A stretch of DNA of 64,000 nt from an uncultured Alphaproteobacteria bacterium (lineage in GTDB: Bacteria; Pseudomonadota; Alphaproteobacteria; ATCC43930; CGMCC-115725), in contig CAVTVA010000003.1 in assembly GCA_963738185.1 (NCBI GenBank), positions 128,076 through 192,075 on the forward strand. The letters are read 5' to 3'. Of this stretch, positions 9,436 through 18,954 are shown piece after piece. Numbering within the stretch: position 1 is the stretch's first letter; every line of letters begins with the position of its first letter. The position numbers and the translations under genes are program-made. The notes under the pieces were generated by a model that had not been told where the DNA came from, did no database searches, and was given only the letters and a program-made list of their open reading frames with translations.

Positions 9436-10056
9436 ATGAAGCTCTATTATGCACCCGGCGCCTGCTCGATCGGCATTCATGTGCTGCTCGAGGAGATCGG
9501 CAAGCCGTACCAGACCGAGCTGGTCAATTTCCGCGACGGCGCGCAGTACAAGCCGCCCTTTACCGGGGTCAACCCGAAATCGAAAGTGCCGACCCTCGAG
9601 CGCGACGACGGCTCGATCCTGACCGAATTCCCGGCCATCGCCTTTTGGCTTGGCATGCAAAACCCGCAAGCGAACCTGATCCCCAAGGACGGCGAAACGA
9701 TGATCCGGGCGGCCGAGGCGATGGAATACGTGGTCGGCACGATCCATAGCCAAGGGTTTACGCGGCTGTTCCGCACCGAGCGCTTCGCGCCCTCGGCCGC
9801 CGACCACGACAAGGTCAAAGCGCAGGGCCGTGAGAACATCGACAAGGGCTTCGCGGTCATCGACAAGGCGCTCGAAGGCAAGAACTATCTGGGCGGCGAC
9901 GAATTGTCGATCGCCGACGCGGCGCTGTTCTATGTCGAGTATTGGGGCGCCAAGCGGGTCGGCCTGCAATTGCCGAAAAACTGCGCCGCGCATTTCGAGC
10001 GCATGATGGCGCGCCCGGCGGTGCAGCGCGCCCTGCAGGCCGAGGGGATGAACTGA
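9436..10056 (+). CDS. Glutathione S-transferase (beta-class-like)
   Basis: MKLYYAPGACSIGIHVLLEEIG...KVPTLERDDGSILTEFPAIAFWL... then YLGGDELSIADAALFYV. AAGGAG RBS upstream. Confidence 0.85.
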   Translation: MKLYYAPGACSIGIHVLLEEIGKPYQTELVNFRDGAQYKPPFTGVNPKSKVPTLERDDGSILTEFPAIAFWLGMQNPQANLIPKDGETMIRAAEAMEYVVGTIHSQGFTRLFRTERFAPSAADHDKVKAQGRENIDKGFAVIDKALEGKNYLGGDELSIADAALFYVEYWGAKRVGLQLPKNCAAHFERMMARPAVQRALQAEGMN

Positions 10057-10118
10057 GCCAACCTCAGCACAGCCCGAAAAAAAACCGAGTTCGCAAGGAG
10101 CGACCCACTGATCCATCA

Positions 10119-10188
10119 TTCCCGCGAAAGCGGGAACCCAGGGGCCCAAGGCTGCGGCGGTTGCTCTAGGCCCCCGCTTTCGCGGGGG
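10119..10188. repeat. Two REP hairpins (ttcccgcgaaagcgggaa and cccccgctttcgcggggg)
   Basis: Perfect palindromes at 10119-10136 and 10171-10188 in the intergenic region. Confidence 0.7.
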
Positions 10189-10264
10189 CGACGCGATAGA
10201 GCCTCTTATTTCTGGTGCTAGTCTTACCGCCGCGGCCGCGATGCTCCGCACAAGGAGTGAGAGT

Positions 10265-11470
10265 ATGGAACAAACGACCCCTGTACCGCCGAATTGTCTC
10301 TCCGGCATCAAGGTTCTCGACCTGACCCAGTTCGAGGCCGGGACCACCTGCACCGAGGCGCTCGCCTGGATGGGGGCGGACGTCGTCAAGGTGGAAAACC
10401 CCGACGGCGGCGAGGCCGGCCGCCGCGGCGTCGCCGATCCCTATTACTTCATGATCTACAATGCCAACAAGCGCTCGGTCACGGTCAACCTCAAATCCGA
10501 GCGCGGCCTGGCATTGGTCAAGGACCTGGCGAAGAAGGCCGATGTCTTCACCGAGAATTTCGGTCCGGGCACCATCGAGAAGCTTGGTCTCGGCTATGAC
10601 GTGGTCAGCGCCTTGAACCCGCGCATCATCTATGCCCAGGTCAAGGGCTTTGGCGCCGGCAGCCCCTATGAGAACGGGCTGTGCTTCGACCCGATCGCGC
10701 AGGCCGTCGGCGGGGCGATGAGCATCACCGGCGAGCGGGACCGACCGCCGCAAAAACCGGGCCCGACGATCGGCGACACCGGCACCGGCATGTTGCTGGC
10801 GTTCAGCATCGTGGCCGCGCTCTATCAGCGCAACACCACCGGCAAGGGCCGGCAATTGCAGGCGGCGATGCAGGACTCGGTCATGCATTACAGCCGCGGC
10901 ATGTTCATTCGCCAGGCGCAGACTAAGAAAGCCGCACAGCGCCAGCCTGGGAGCGGCAACAATATCCCCTCAGGCATTTTCCCCTGCAAACCGGGCGGCC
11001 CCAACGATTACGTCTACATGCTGACGAGTCGCGCCAACCCGCAGCATTGGCCGCGGCTCTTAAAGCTGATCGGGCGCGAGGACCTGATCGGCGATCCGCG
11101 CTACGACACACCCGCGGCGCGGCTCGAACGCGAGGCCGAGGTCAACGAGATGGTCTCCGAGTGGACGCGTCAACGTTCTAAAGAAGAAGCGACCGCGCTG
11201 ATCAGCGGGGCGGGGGTGCCGGCGGGTGCGGTGTTCGATTCGATGGAGTTGACCAACGAACAGAGCTTCTGGGACCGCGGCATCCTGCAGACAATGCATC
11301 ACGGCGACTGGCAGATGCCGATGACCACTTGGCCGGTGCGCTTCGACGGCGCTCCGGCCCCGCTAAAGCCGGCGCCGTTGCTCGGCGAGCACACGACCGA
11401 GGCGCTTGGCGAGTGGCTCGGCCTCAGCCCCGGCGAGGTCCAGGAATTGCACAAGGATGGAGTGGTCTGA
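10265..11470 (+). CDS. Family III CoA-transferase, paralogue 2 (close relative of 8064..9296)
   Basis: IKVLDLTQFEAGTTCTEALAWMGADVVKVENP, NKRSVTVNLKSERG, IGDTGTGMLLAFSIVAAL, LLGEHTTEAL. Start taken at ATG 10265 (AAGGAG upstream) rather than ORF start 10241. Confidence 0.85.
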   Translation: MEQTTPVPPNCLSGIKVLDLTQFEAGTTCTEALAWMGADVVKVENPDGGEAGRRGVADPYYFMIYNANKRSVTVNLKSERGLALVKDLAKKADVFTENFGPGTIEKLGLGYDVVSALNPRIIYAQVKGFGAGSPYENGLCFDPIAQAVGGAMSITGERDRPPQKPGPTIGDTGTGMLLAFSIVAALYQRNTTGKGRQLQAAMQDSVMHYSRGMFIRQAQTKKAAQRQPGSGNNIPSGIFPCKPGGPNDYVYMLTSRANPQHWPRLLKLIGREDLIGDPRYDTPAARLEREAEVNEMVSEWTRQRSKEEATALISGAGVPAGAVFDSMELTNEQSFWDRGILQTMHHGDWQMPMTTWPVRFDGAPAPLKPAPLLGEHTTEALGEWLGLSPGEVQELHKDGVV

Positions 11471-11755
11471 GGAGCTGATGTCCCGCAAACAGCCGAGCAT
11501 CAGCGCGAGGCCGCTTGCTGGTCGAAAAATTCGTCGGACCGCTCGCGTTCATTCCGTTCGTCATCTCGGCGGAGGCCAGGCGGAGGCCGGGACCCATCCA
11601 GCCATGGGCACCGGCCTGCGCCGGTGCGACAAGCAACGAACGCGAGCCTACAAAATCGGGCGCGTCGTCAATTAGCAACATTAACCGACAAATATAGTCG
11701 CTTTGGCCGAGCTTGGCCCGGCCATCCACGAGTTGCGGGACACCAAGACGTGGAT

Positions 11756-11774
11756 GCCCGGATCAAGTCCGGGC
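11756..11774. repeat. REP hairpin gcccggatcaagtccgggc
   Basis: Perfect 7-bp arms. Same family as 17341-17359 and 54504-54522. Confidence 0.6.
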
Positions 11775-11836
11775 AAGACGAACATATCGTGGGACGCGAG
11801 GACTGGGTCAATGAGGACACGCCCTACTTCATCGCA

Positions 11837-14800
11837 CTAGCCTTCCTGTAATGACAGCAGGGTGGCGTTGCCGCCGGCGGCGGTCGTGTCGGTGGCGATC
11901 GTGCGCTCGGTGGCGAAGCGGTGGAGGTAGCGCGGGCCGCCCGCCTTGGGGCCGGTGCCGGAGAGCCGCTCGCCGCCAAACGGTTGCACCCCGACAACGG
12001 CGCCGATCATGTTGCGGTTGACATAGCCATTGCCGATCGGCAGCCGAGCGAGAATATGCCGGACGTTCTCGTCGATCCGGCTGTGAACGCCGAGGGTCAG
12101 CCCATAGCCGGTGGCCTCGATCTCGTCCAGAACCTGGTCGAGGCGGTCGGCCGGCCAGCGCACGACATGGAGGATCGGGCCGAACACCTCGTGGTCGAGA
12201 CGCCGGGCGCTGTCGATCTCGAAAGCGCGCGGCGCAAAAAAGGTGCCGTGCTCGAGCCCAGCCGGCAGCGCGCATTGATAGATCAGCCGGCCCTCGCGGG
12301 CCATCCGGGCGGCGTGCTGCTCCAACGTTTTGTCGGCGGCCTCGTCGATGACCGGGCCGATATCGGCCGCGAGCGACGCCGGGTCGCCGATCGCGAGCTC
12401 GGCCATCGCCCCCGTCAGCATCACCAAAAGCCGGCCGGCGACATCAGCCTGTACATAGAGGAGGCGCAGCGACGAGCAGCGCTGCCCGGCGCTTTCGAAC
12501 GCCGAGATCAGCACGTCGGCGACCACCTGCTCGGCTAACGCCGAGGAATCGACGATCATCGCGTTCTGGCCGCCGGTCTCGGCGATCAACGGGACGATCG
12601 GGCCGGGACGCCGCGCCAGCGCCAGGTTGATCTGGTGCGCGGTCACGGTCGAGCCGGTGAAAGCGACTCCGCCGACCCGCGGGTCGGCGACCAACGGCGC
12701 ACCGACCGCCTCGCCGGTTCCCGGCAGCAGGTGCAGCGCGTCGGCAGGGATGCCGGCCTCGTGCAATAGCCTGACCGCGGCCGCGGCGACGAGCGGCGTC
12801 TGCTCGGCGGGCTTGGCGACGACCGCGTTGCCGGCGGCGAGCGCCGCCGCGACCTGGCCGGTGAAAATCGCCAACGGGAAATTCCACGGCGAGATGCAGG
12901 CGAAGACGCCGCGGCCGTGCAATGCCAACTGGTTGCGCTCGCCGGTCGGCCCGGGCAGCCGCTCGGGCGCCGCGAAATCGGCGCGGGCGCGTGACGCGTA
13001 ATAGCGCAGGTAATCGACCGCCTCGCGCACTTCCGACAGCGCCGCCGGTATCGTGCGCCCGCCCTCGCGGATGATCCGGGCGATCAGTGCCGCACGGTGC
13101 TGCTCGTAGAGATCGGCCGCGCGTTCGAGGATCGCGGCCCGTTCGCCGGCCGGGGTGCGGTCCCAGGCGGCGGCGCTGACAGCGGCGCGGGCGAGCGCCT
13201 GATCTACCTGCGCCGCCCCGGTCGTGACGACGGCGCCGACCCGCCGCCGTCGGTCGCTCGGATCAAACACCGCCTCGCCGTCGCCCGGTTGCTCGACCCC
13301 GCCAATGATCGGCGCCGCACGCCAAGGCCTGCCGAATGCGGCGTCGAGCTCGTCGCGCAGCATCATCAGGGCCGCCGGATCGTTCAAATCGATCCCGCGC
13401 GAATTCTTCCGCACCGGTGCGTAGAGATCGGCCGGCAGCGGGATGCGCGGATGTGGCTTGACCTTCAGCCGGGCAAGGTTTGCCACCGGATCGGCAATGA
13501 TCTCGTCGATCGGCTGGTGGTCGTCGACGATGCGGTTGACGAACGAGGTGTTGGCGCCGTTTTCGAGCAGCCGCCGCACCAGGTAGGCCAGCAAATCCTC
13601 GTGGCTGCCGACCGGGGCATAGACGCGGCACGGCCGGTCCAGCTTGTCGGCGGCGACGATCTCGCCATAAAGCGCTTCGCCCATGCCGTGCAGCCGCTGA
13701 AACTCCCAATCCCGCCGCTCGCCTGCGAGTTCGAGGATCGCCGCCACCGTATGCGCGTTGTGCGTCGCGAATTGCGGGTAGAACGCGGTTGCGTCATCGA
13801 ACAAACGCCGCGCGCAGGCGAGATAGGAGACGTCGGTCGCGACCTTGCGGGTATAGACCGGGTAGCCGTCGAGCCCGCGCTCCTGGCTGCGCTTGATCTC
13901 GCTGTCCCAATAGGCGCCTTTGACGAGGCGCACCATCAGCCGCCGCCCTCCGCGCCGGGCGAGATCGGCGAGCCAATCGATCAGCGGCAACGCCCGCTTC
14001 TGATAGGCCTGCACGGCGAGGCCGAGGCCGTCCCACCCTGCGAGCTCGGGGGCGAGCGCCAGGGGCTCGAACAGATCAAGCGAGAGATCGAGGCGGTCGG
14101 CCTCCTCGGCGTCGACGGTCAAGCCGATGCCGGCCTCGCGCGCCTGCCGCGCCAGCGCCAAGAGGCGCGGGGTGAGCTCCCGCAGCACCCGATCGCGCTG
14201 CGCCATCTCGTAGCGCGGGTGCAGCGCTGACAGCTTGACCGAGATGCCCGGCGCCTCGATCACCGGCCTGCCGTTGGCCGAGCGGCCGATCGCCGCGATC
14301 GCCTTCGCGTAGGCATCGAAATACCGGGTCGCGTCGGCCGCGGTCACCGCCGCCTCGCCGAGCATGTCGTAGGAGTGCCGCCAGCCCTGCCGCTCGGCGG
14401 GGCGAGCGCGATCGAGTGCCTCGGCGATGGTCCGCCCCATGACGAATTGGCGGGCGAGGATGCGCATCGCCGCGGTCACCGCCTGGCGCACCACCGGCTC
14501 GCTCGAACGCGCAACAAAGCGGCGCCAGGCGGCGCGCAGATCGCGCACCTCGCGCTCGGAATGCAGTAATTTGCCGGTCAGCATCAACGCCCAGGTCGAG
14601 GCGTTGACAAAGGCCGAGTCGGAATGCCCGAGATGGTGCGCCCAATCGGCCTCGCCGAGCTTGTCGCGGATCAGCCGGTCGACGGTTTCGGCATCGGGAA
14701 TGCGCAGCAGCGCCTCGGCGAGGCACAAGAGCGCCACCCCCTCCTGCGAGGACAGCGCATATTCGTGCAAAAACGCATCGAGGCCGCCTTTGCCGAGCCG

Positions 14801-15073
14801 CCCGCGGCGCACTGCGGCGACGAGGCGGCGCGCACGCCCGGCGATCCGTTCACGTGCCTCGGTCGGCAGGTCGGCGGCCGCGAGGATGCGCGCGACCGCT
14901 TGCGTCTCATCGATCCGGGCGCTGTCGCGGATCGCGGCCCGCAGCGGCGAGGCCGGCGGCAGTGTTGAGAATGATGCCGGCCGGGGATGTCGGTCCGCAA
15001 CGCCGTCGGTTCTGGAAGGCTCGGCCGGGTCCGGCAAGGAATTGCAAATATTAACGATAGATCCTGCTGGCAT
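11837..15073 (-). CDS. putA: Bifunctional proline dehydrogenase / L-glutamate-gamma-semialdehyde dehydrogenase (PutA)
   Basis: About 1080 aa. The N-terminal half is the PRODH barrel (SVKLSALHPRYE, LTVDAEEADRLDLSLD, VRLVKGAYWDSE). The C-terminal half is the ALDH part (ISPWNFPLAIF, ETGGQNAMIVD, SAGQRCSSLR). Start is uncertain: ATG 15073 or the ORF start 15106. Confidence 0.9.
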   Translation of the reverse strand: MPAGSIVNICNSLPDPAEPSRTDGVADRHPRPASFSTLPPASPLRAAIRDSARIDETQAVARILAAADLPTEARERIAGRARRLVAAVRRGRLGKGGLDAFLHEYALSSQEGVALLCLAEALLRIPDAETVDRLIRDKLGEADWAHHLGHSDSAFVNASTWALMLTGKLLHSEREVRDLRAAWRRFVARSSEPVVRQAVTAAMRILARQFVMGRTIAEALDRARPAERQGWRHSYDMLGEAAVTAADATRYFDAYAKAIAAIGRSANGRPVIEAPGISVKLSALHPRYEMAQRDRVLRELTPRLLALARQAREAGIGLTVDAEEADRLDLSLDLFEPLALAPELAGWDGLGLAVQAYQKRALPLIDWLADLARRGGRRLMVRLVKGAYWDSEIKRSQERGLDGYPVYTRKVATDVSYLACARRLFDDATAFYPQFATHNAHTVAAILELAGERRDWEFQRLHGMGEALYGEIVAADKLDRPCRVYAPVGSHEDLLAYLVRRLLENGANTSFVNRIVDDHQPIDEIIADPVANLARLKVKPHPRIPLPADLYAPVRKNSRGIDLNDPAALMMLRDELDAAFGRPWRAAPIIGGVEQPGDGEAVFDPSDRRRRVGAVVTTGAAQVDQALARAAVSAAAWDRTPAGERAAILERAADLYEQHRAALIARIIREGGRTIPAALSEVREAVDYLRYYASRARADFAAPERLPGPTGERNQLALHGRGVFACISPWNFPLAIFTGQVAAALAAGNAVVAKPAEQTPLVAAAAVRLLHEAGIPADALHLLPGTGEAVGAPLVADPRVGGVAFTGSTVTAHQINLALARRPGPIVPLIAETGGQNAMIVDSSALAEQVVADVLISAFESAGQRCSSLRLLYVQADVAGRLLVMLTGAMAELAIGDPASLAADIGPVIDEAADKTLEQHAARMAREGRLIYQCALPAGLEHGTFFAPRAFEIDSARRLDHEVFGPILHVVRWPADRLDQVLDEIEATGYGLTLGVHSRIDENVRHILARLPIGNGYVNRNMIGAVVGVQPFGGERLSGTGPKAGGPRYLHRFATERTIATDTTAAGGNATLLSLQEG

Positions 15074-15161
15074 GCTCGGTAAAAAAAAGTTAAAAACCAA
15101 TAACAACCTTGAACCATTGCGCGCGCGGAATGCGCTCCGGCCGCAGGCGACGATCTCGGGA

Positions 15162-17297
15162 ATGACCAGACCGTTTGACGATAACAGCTACCCGCCGCGG
15201 GGCCGGGTCAGAGGAGCGGCCCGCGTGCTCGCCGCCGCGTTCGCGATCGGGTTGGCTGCGGCCCCGGCCGGCGGGCAGGCGGCGGCGGTCTCTGCGCACC
15301 CGCATCTCGATCTCTTTCTCCGGATGATCCGGAACAACCCCGACAGTATTGAAAATGGTCCTCGCGCACCGGTCTCGCAACAGGCGTTGGAGCGGCTCTT
15401 GCGGGTGTTGCCGGCGGTCGATATCGGCCATGGCGGCGGCCCGCCGCTCGCCGCAGGCTCGCCTGGCGCGGCCGCGCCGCTGACAGACCCATCGGTCTAC
15501 GGCTTCTGCTACGAGGCCTGCAGGACCGAGCGCGCGGTCGCCAGCTGCGGCCGGCCCGCGCCCGGCAGGTCGCACCCGCCCGAGCAGCTGTGCGCGCCGG
15601 TCGAGGATAACGCAACCCTTAACGCGATCATCGGCCCGCAGCTCGGCGCCGGGGCGAGCCCGTTTGTTGACGACAACACCGGCCCCGACGGCACGCAGCC
15701 CGCCGGCTACACCTTTTTTGGCCAGTTTATCGATCATGACCTGACGCGGACCACCGCCGCGTTGTCGGCATTGGGCGAGCTGAACCAAGAAGCCCGCGGC
15801 AATGCCGCGGTGCGCGCCAAGCTCGCCGCGGCCGGCGTCACCGAGGATCAGCTCGACCAGGCGATCGCCGATGCCGCGGCGCCAGGGTCGCCGCTCAGCG
15901 CCAACACCGCGAAGCTCGACCTCGACAGCGTCTATGGCGTCCCCGATTTCGCTGCCTTGGCGGCGCTCAGCGCGCCCTGGTTCGAGCAGCAAAACGGCGC
16001 CTACACAGGGCGCTTCGCCCAGCGCGAGGTTGCGGCGCAGACCTCACCTGCCGCCCCGACTTTGATCGACGGCTTCGACTACCAGCGCAGCGCGGCCGGC
16101 GCGGCGGAGATCCCGGACCCGCGCAACAGCGAGCACAAGCTGATCTCGCAGGTCCAAAACCTGTTCGAGCTCGCCCATAATGACTGCGTCGATCGGGCAT
16201 TGGCGGCCATCCGCGGGCCGAGCCCGCAACAGGTCGGCGCCGCCTTCGATGCCTGCCACCAGAAGGTGCTGTGGACCTATCAGACGATTGTCGCGACCGA
16301 TTTCCTGCCGCGGTTCTCGGCCGAGGCAACCCTCGACCGGGTCGCTCCCGGCGCCCTCCATGCGCTCGACCGTGGCGCTGTGCCACGCTCGACACTGCCC
16401 GACCCGGCCGATGTGCACACCTTTCTCTATAGCTGCACCCCGGGGCTCGGCAATGCGGCGACGATCCGCATTCCCCACGAATTCGCGGTGGCGGCGTTCC
16501 GCTTGGGCCATTCGCTGGTGCGCGACAACTATGTGCTGCACGCTCCGGTGCGCGACCCCGACGGCCGCCTGCTGACCGGTCAAGACCGGCCGATTTTCGC
16601 TGCGGCCGGACAGCCCGAGACTGCCGGCCTGGTCGGCGACAACCCATTGCAGCCTGGCGATGTGATTGACTGGAGCTATTTCTTCGATACCGGCGGCGAG
16701 ACCGCGCAGGCGAGCCGCCCGCTCGACACGCTGATTTCCGACACGCTGTTCCGGCTGCCGGTCGCGGCCCTGCCGCCCGGCCCGGCACCGGATGGCAAGG
16801 ACACGCCGAGCGAGCGCAACCTGCCGCGCCGCAACATCCTGCGGGCGTCGGAGCCGACCTCGCATTTGACTGGTGCTGTCGGGCTCGCCACCGGTGAAGA
16901 GGTCGAGCGCTATGCAGAACGCCGCATCCCCGGTCTGCGCGACGCCACTGCAGCGGTCAGAAAAGTGCTGGGGGCGCGACTGAGAAGCGCCGGGTTCGAC
17001 CCGCAAGCGCTGGGCGCGCGCACGCCGTTGTGGCTGTTTGTCCTCGCCGAGGCCGAAGCCACCCAGGGCGGCCAGCGCCTGGGCGAGCTCGGCAGCCACA
17101 TCGTCGACGAGTTTCTGCTGGGCTCGCTGCACTGCGACGAGGCCTCGGTCCTCTATGCCACGCCGCGCCAGCTGCAAGGCTGGGGCCCGACCGAAACCAT
17201 TGCCCAAAGGCGCCGCTATTCGATGCCCGAGCTGATCGCCTACCTGCAGGCCCATGCGGTGGTCGGCGGCGAGCCGGTGCGGCTGTACAGCCGCTAG
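15162..17297 (+). CDS. Secreted haem peroxidase of the animal-peroxidase (peroxidase-cyclooxygenase) superfamily
   Basis: Start at ATG 15162 (MTRPFDD...), with signal-like AARVLAAAFAIGLAAAPAGGQAAA. Distal-His block FFGQFIDHDLT (His codon near 15735). Arg block IPDPRNSEHKLISQVQNLFELAHND. Proximal-His block EFAVAAFRLGHSLVRD. Late block TPLWLFVLAEAE. The upstream part of ORF 14427..17297 overlaps putA antisense and is rejected. Confidence 0.8.
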   Translation: MTRPFDDNSYPPRGRVRGAARVLAAAFAIGLAAAPAGGQAAAVSAHPHLDLFLRMIRNNPDSIENGPRAPVSQQALERLLRVLPAVDIGHGGGPPLAAGSPGAAAPLTDPSVYGFCYEACRTERAVASCGRPAPGRSHPPEQLCAPVEDNATLNAIIGPQLGAGASPFVDDNTGPDGTQPAGYTFFGQFIDHDLTRTTAALSALGELNQEARGNAAVRAKLAAAGVTEDQLDQAIADAAAPGSPLSANTAKLDLDSVYGVPDFAALAALSAPWFEQQNGAYTGRFAQREVAAQTSPAAPTLIDGFDYQRSAAGAAEIPDPRNSEHKLISQVQNLFELAHNDCVDRALAAIRGPSPQQVGAAFDACHQKVLWTYQTIVATDFLPRFSAEATLDRVAPGALHALDRGAVPRSTLPDPADVHTFLYSCTPGLGNAATIRIPHEFAVAAFRLGHSLVRDNYVLHAPVRDPDGRLLTGQDRPIFAAAGQPETAGLVGDNPLQPGDVIDWSYFFDTGGETAQASRPLDTLISDTLFRLPVAALPPGPAPDGKDTPSERNLPRRNILRASEPTSHLTGAVGLATGEEVERYAERRIPGLRDATAAVRKVLGARLRSAGFDPQALGARTPLWLFVLAEAEATQGGQRLGELGSHIVDEFLLGSLHCDEASVLYATPRQLQGWGPTETIAQRRRYSMPELIAYLQAHAVVGGEPVRLYSR

Positions 17298-17340
17298 CGC
17301 GTGATCGGCCGAAATTAAATCGCCTTCTTCCTTCGCCCTT

Positions 17341-17420
17341 GCCCGGACTTGATCCGGGCATCCACGCCCTCTCTCCTAACCTGCCGGCAAGGACGCGGGC
17401 CCCCGGGTCAAGCCCGGGGG
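17341..17420. repeat. REP hairpins gcccggacttgatccgggc and cccccgggtcaagcccggggg
   Basis: Palindromes at 17341-17359 and 17400-17420, between convergent genes. Confidence 0.65.
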
Positions 17421-17513
17421 AGGCGATGAGCGAAGCGCTTTTCGCTTAAAAGGATCACGCTCTCTAGCGCCGGCCGGCGGCTTCGGCGCGAGCGGCTGGG
17501 TTCGTCCGGAGCC

Positions 17514-18917
17514 TCATTCGGGCAGGCTGAACACCTCCTCGGGTTGAAAGAGGCCGCGCACCGGGTGAAAGCCCAGCGACACCAGCGGGCGGGGGCAGAT
17601 TTCGGCAAAGGCGGCGGAGGTCAGCAATGGCCGCAACAGCCGCTTGGTCAGCCCCTCGATCCGTGAGGCAAGGTTGACCGCCGGGCCGATCACGGTGAAG
17701 TCGAGGCGGTCGGCCGCACCGACATTGCCGTAAATCACCTCGCCCAGATGCAGCCCGATGCCGGTGCGCAGCTCGGCCAGATCGTTTTCGCGGCGCGCCT
17801 CGTTGACCCCGGCAAGCCGCTCCAGACCCTGCGTCGCGGCTTCGAGGGCGCGCAGGCTCGCCGGCGCGAAATCCTCGTCATCCTCGGCCGGGAAGATCGC
17901 CAGCACGCCATCGCCGATAAACTTCAGGATCTCGCCCTTGTTCTCCTGGATCGGGGAGACGATCGCGTCGAAATAATCGTCGAGCAATTCGATCACCGCG
18001 TCGCCCGGCAGGCGGTCCGACAGGCCGGTGAAGTTGCGCATATCGGTCATCATGATGACCGCGCGCATCCGCTCGCCCTGCGCCCGCAGGATCTGCCCGG
18101 CGAGAATCCGCCGCCCGGCCTGCGGCCCCAAATAGGTGTCGAGCAGGCTGGTGCTGATCCGGCGCTCGGCGCGCGTGTCGGCGATCGCGGCCAGCGCCGG
18201 GTTGATGTCCTCGAGCTTGGCGATGTCGGCGTCGCTGAACCCGCCCGGCCGATCGGTCGCCCAGGTCACGGTCGGGAAACGGTGAAAGATGCGGTTCAGC
18301 GCCAGCGCGAAGTAATCGGTGCCGCCAGCCCGGCGAATTCTCTCCAGCAACGGGAATTCCGGTTGCGGGCGATCGAGGCGGCAGCGAAACGGCGTGCCGC
18401 GCTCGATCGTGGCGCGGATCGGGCTCCGCCGGTATTCCTCGGTGTCCTCGGAGCCGTGCAGGATGCGGTAATCCTCGACGATCTTGCGGTCGCGCCACCA
18501 GCGCACGCCGATGCCGCGAATCTGCGGGTGCAGGGTGCCGGTGTGAAAGGTGGCCCGCCACAACGGCACATCGTCGCCGAGGAGCCGCCAGCACAGCTCG
18601 TCGAACAGCTCGACCCCGCTGTCGATCTGCGGTCCGTCGACCAACAGCCAGCGGCCGATCTGGCCGCCGGGGATCGGCGCGCCGAGCCCGGTATAGGCGC
18701 CTTCGATGCGGAAAAATTCTTCGCCGCCGATCCGGGGCGCGGGCTCGGCGGGAACGGCGAGGGCAGGCGTCGCGGACAGCGTTCGGGTCCTTTCGGCGGT
18801 CGAAACGGGCAGCGCCGGCCCGCGCAACCATTGCGGGCCGCGGGATAAATAGGGGCGCTCTTGGCCGATTGCGATGGGGGGTCGTTCCCATGACGCCGAG
18901 CGTGGTCTAATTTGCAT
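17514..18917 (-). CDS. Class III adenylate/guanylate cyclase with an uncharacterised ~270-aa N-terminal domain
   Basis: C-terminal cyclase domain: RAVIMMTDMRNFTGLSDRL...LKFIGDGVLAIF...GIGLHLGEVIYGNVGAADRLDFTVIGPAVNLASRIEG. Start ATG 18917 is the last ATG compatible with the divergent GGT gene. A downstream GTG/TTG start is possible. Confidence 0.8.
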   Translation of the reverse strand: MQIRPRSASWERPPIAIGQERPYLSRGPQWLRGPALPVSTAERTRTLSATPALAVPAEPAPRIGGEEFFRIEGAYTGLGAPIPGGQIGRWLLVDGPQIDSGVELFDELCWRLLGDDVPLWRATFHTGTLHPQIRGIGVRWWRDRKIVEDYRILHGSEDTEEYRRSPIRATIERGTPFRCRLDRPQPEFPLLERIRRAGGTDYFALALNRIFHRFPTVTWATDRPGGFSDADIAKLEDINPALAAIADTRAERRISTSLLDTYLGPQAGRRILAGQILRAQGERMRAVIMMTDMRNFTGLSDRLPGDAVIELLDDYFDAIVSPIQENKGEILKFIGDGVLAIFPAEDDEDFAPASLRALEAATQGLERLAGVNEARRENDLAELRTGIGLHLGEVIYGNVGAADRLDFTVIGPAVNLASRIEGLTKRLLRPLLTSAAFAEICPRPLVSLGFHPVRGLFQPEEVFSLPE

Positions 18918-18954
18918 CGCGCGATAGAGCTTGAAACTGCGCGGAGGGCAGGCG

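Noticed and set aside
14427-15161. Upstream extensions of ORF-track entries, for example 14427..17297, 3463..4941, 4284..5732, 35260..37116, 43751..45019, 44844..46070, 56021..57337, 60060..61082 and 17514..19265.
   Set aside because: The extensions overlap neighbouring real genes or intergenic REP sequence and lack coding character. Internal starts with Shine-Dalgarno sequences give N-termini that match the protein families.
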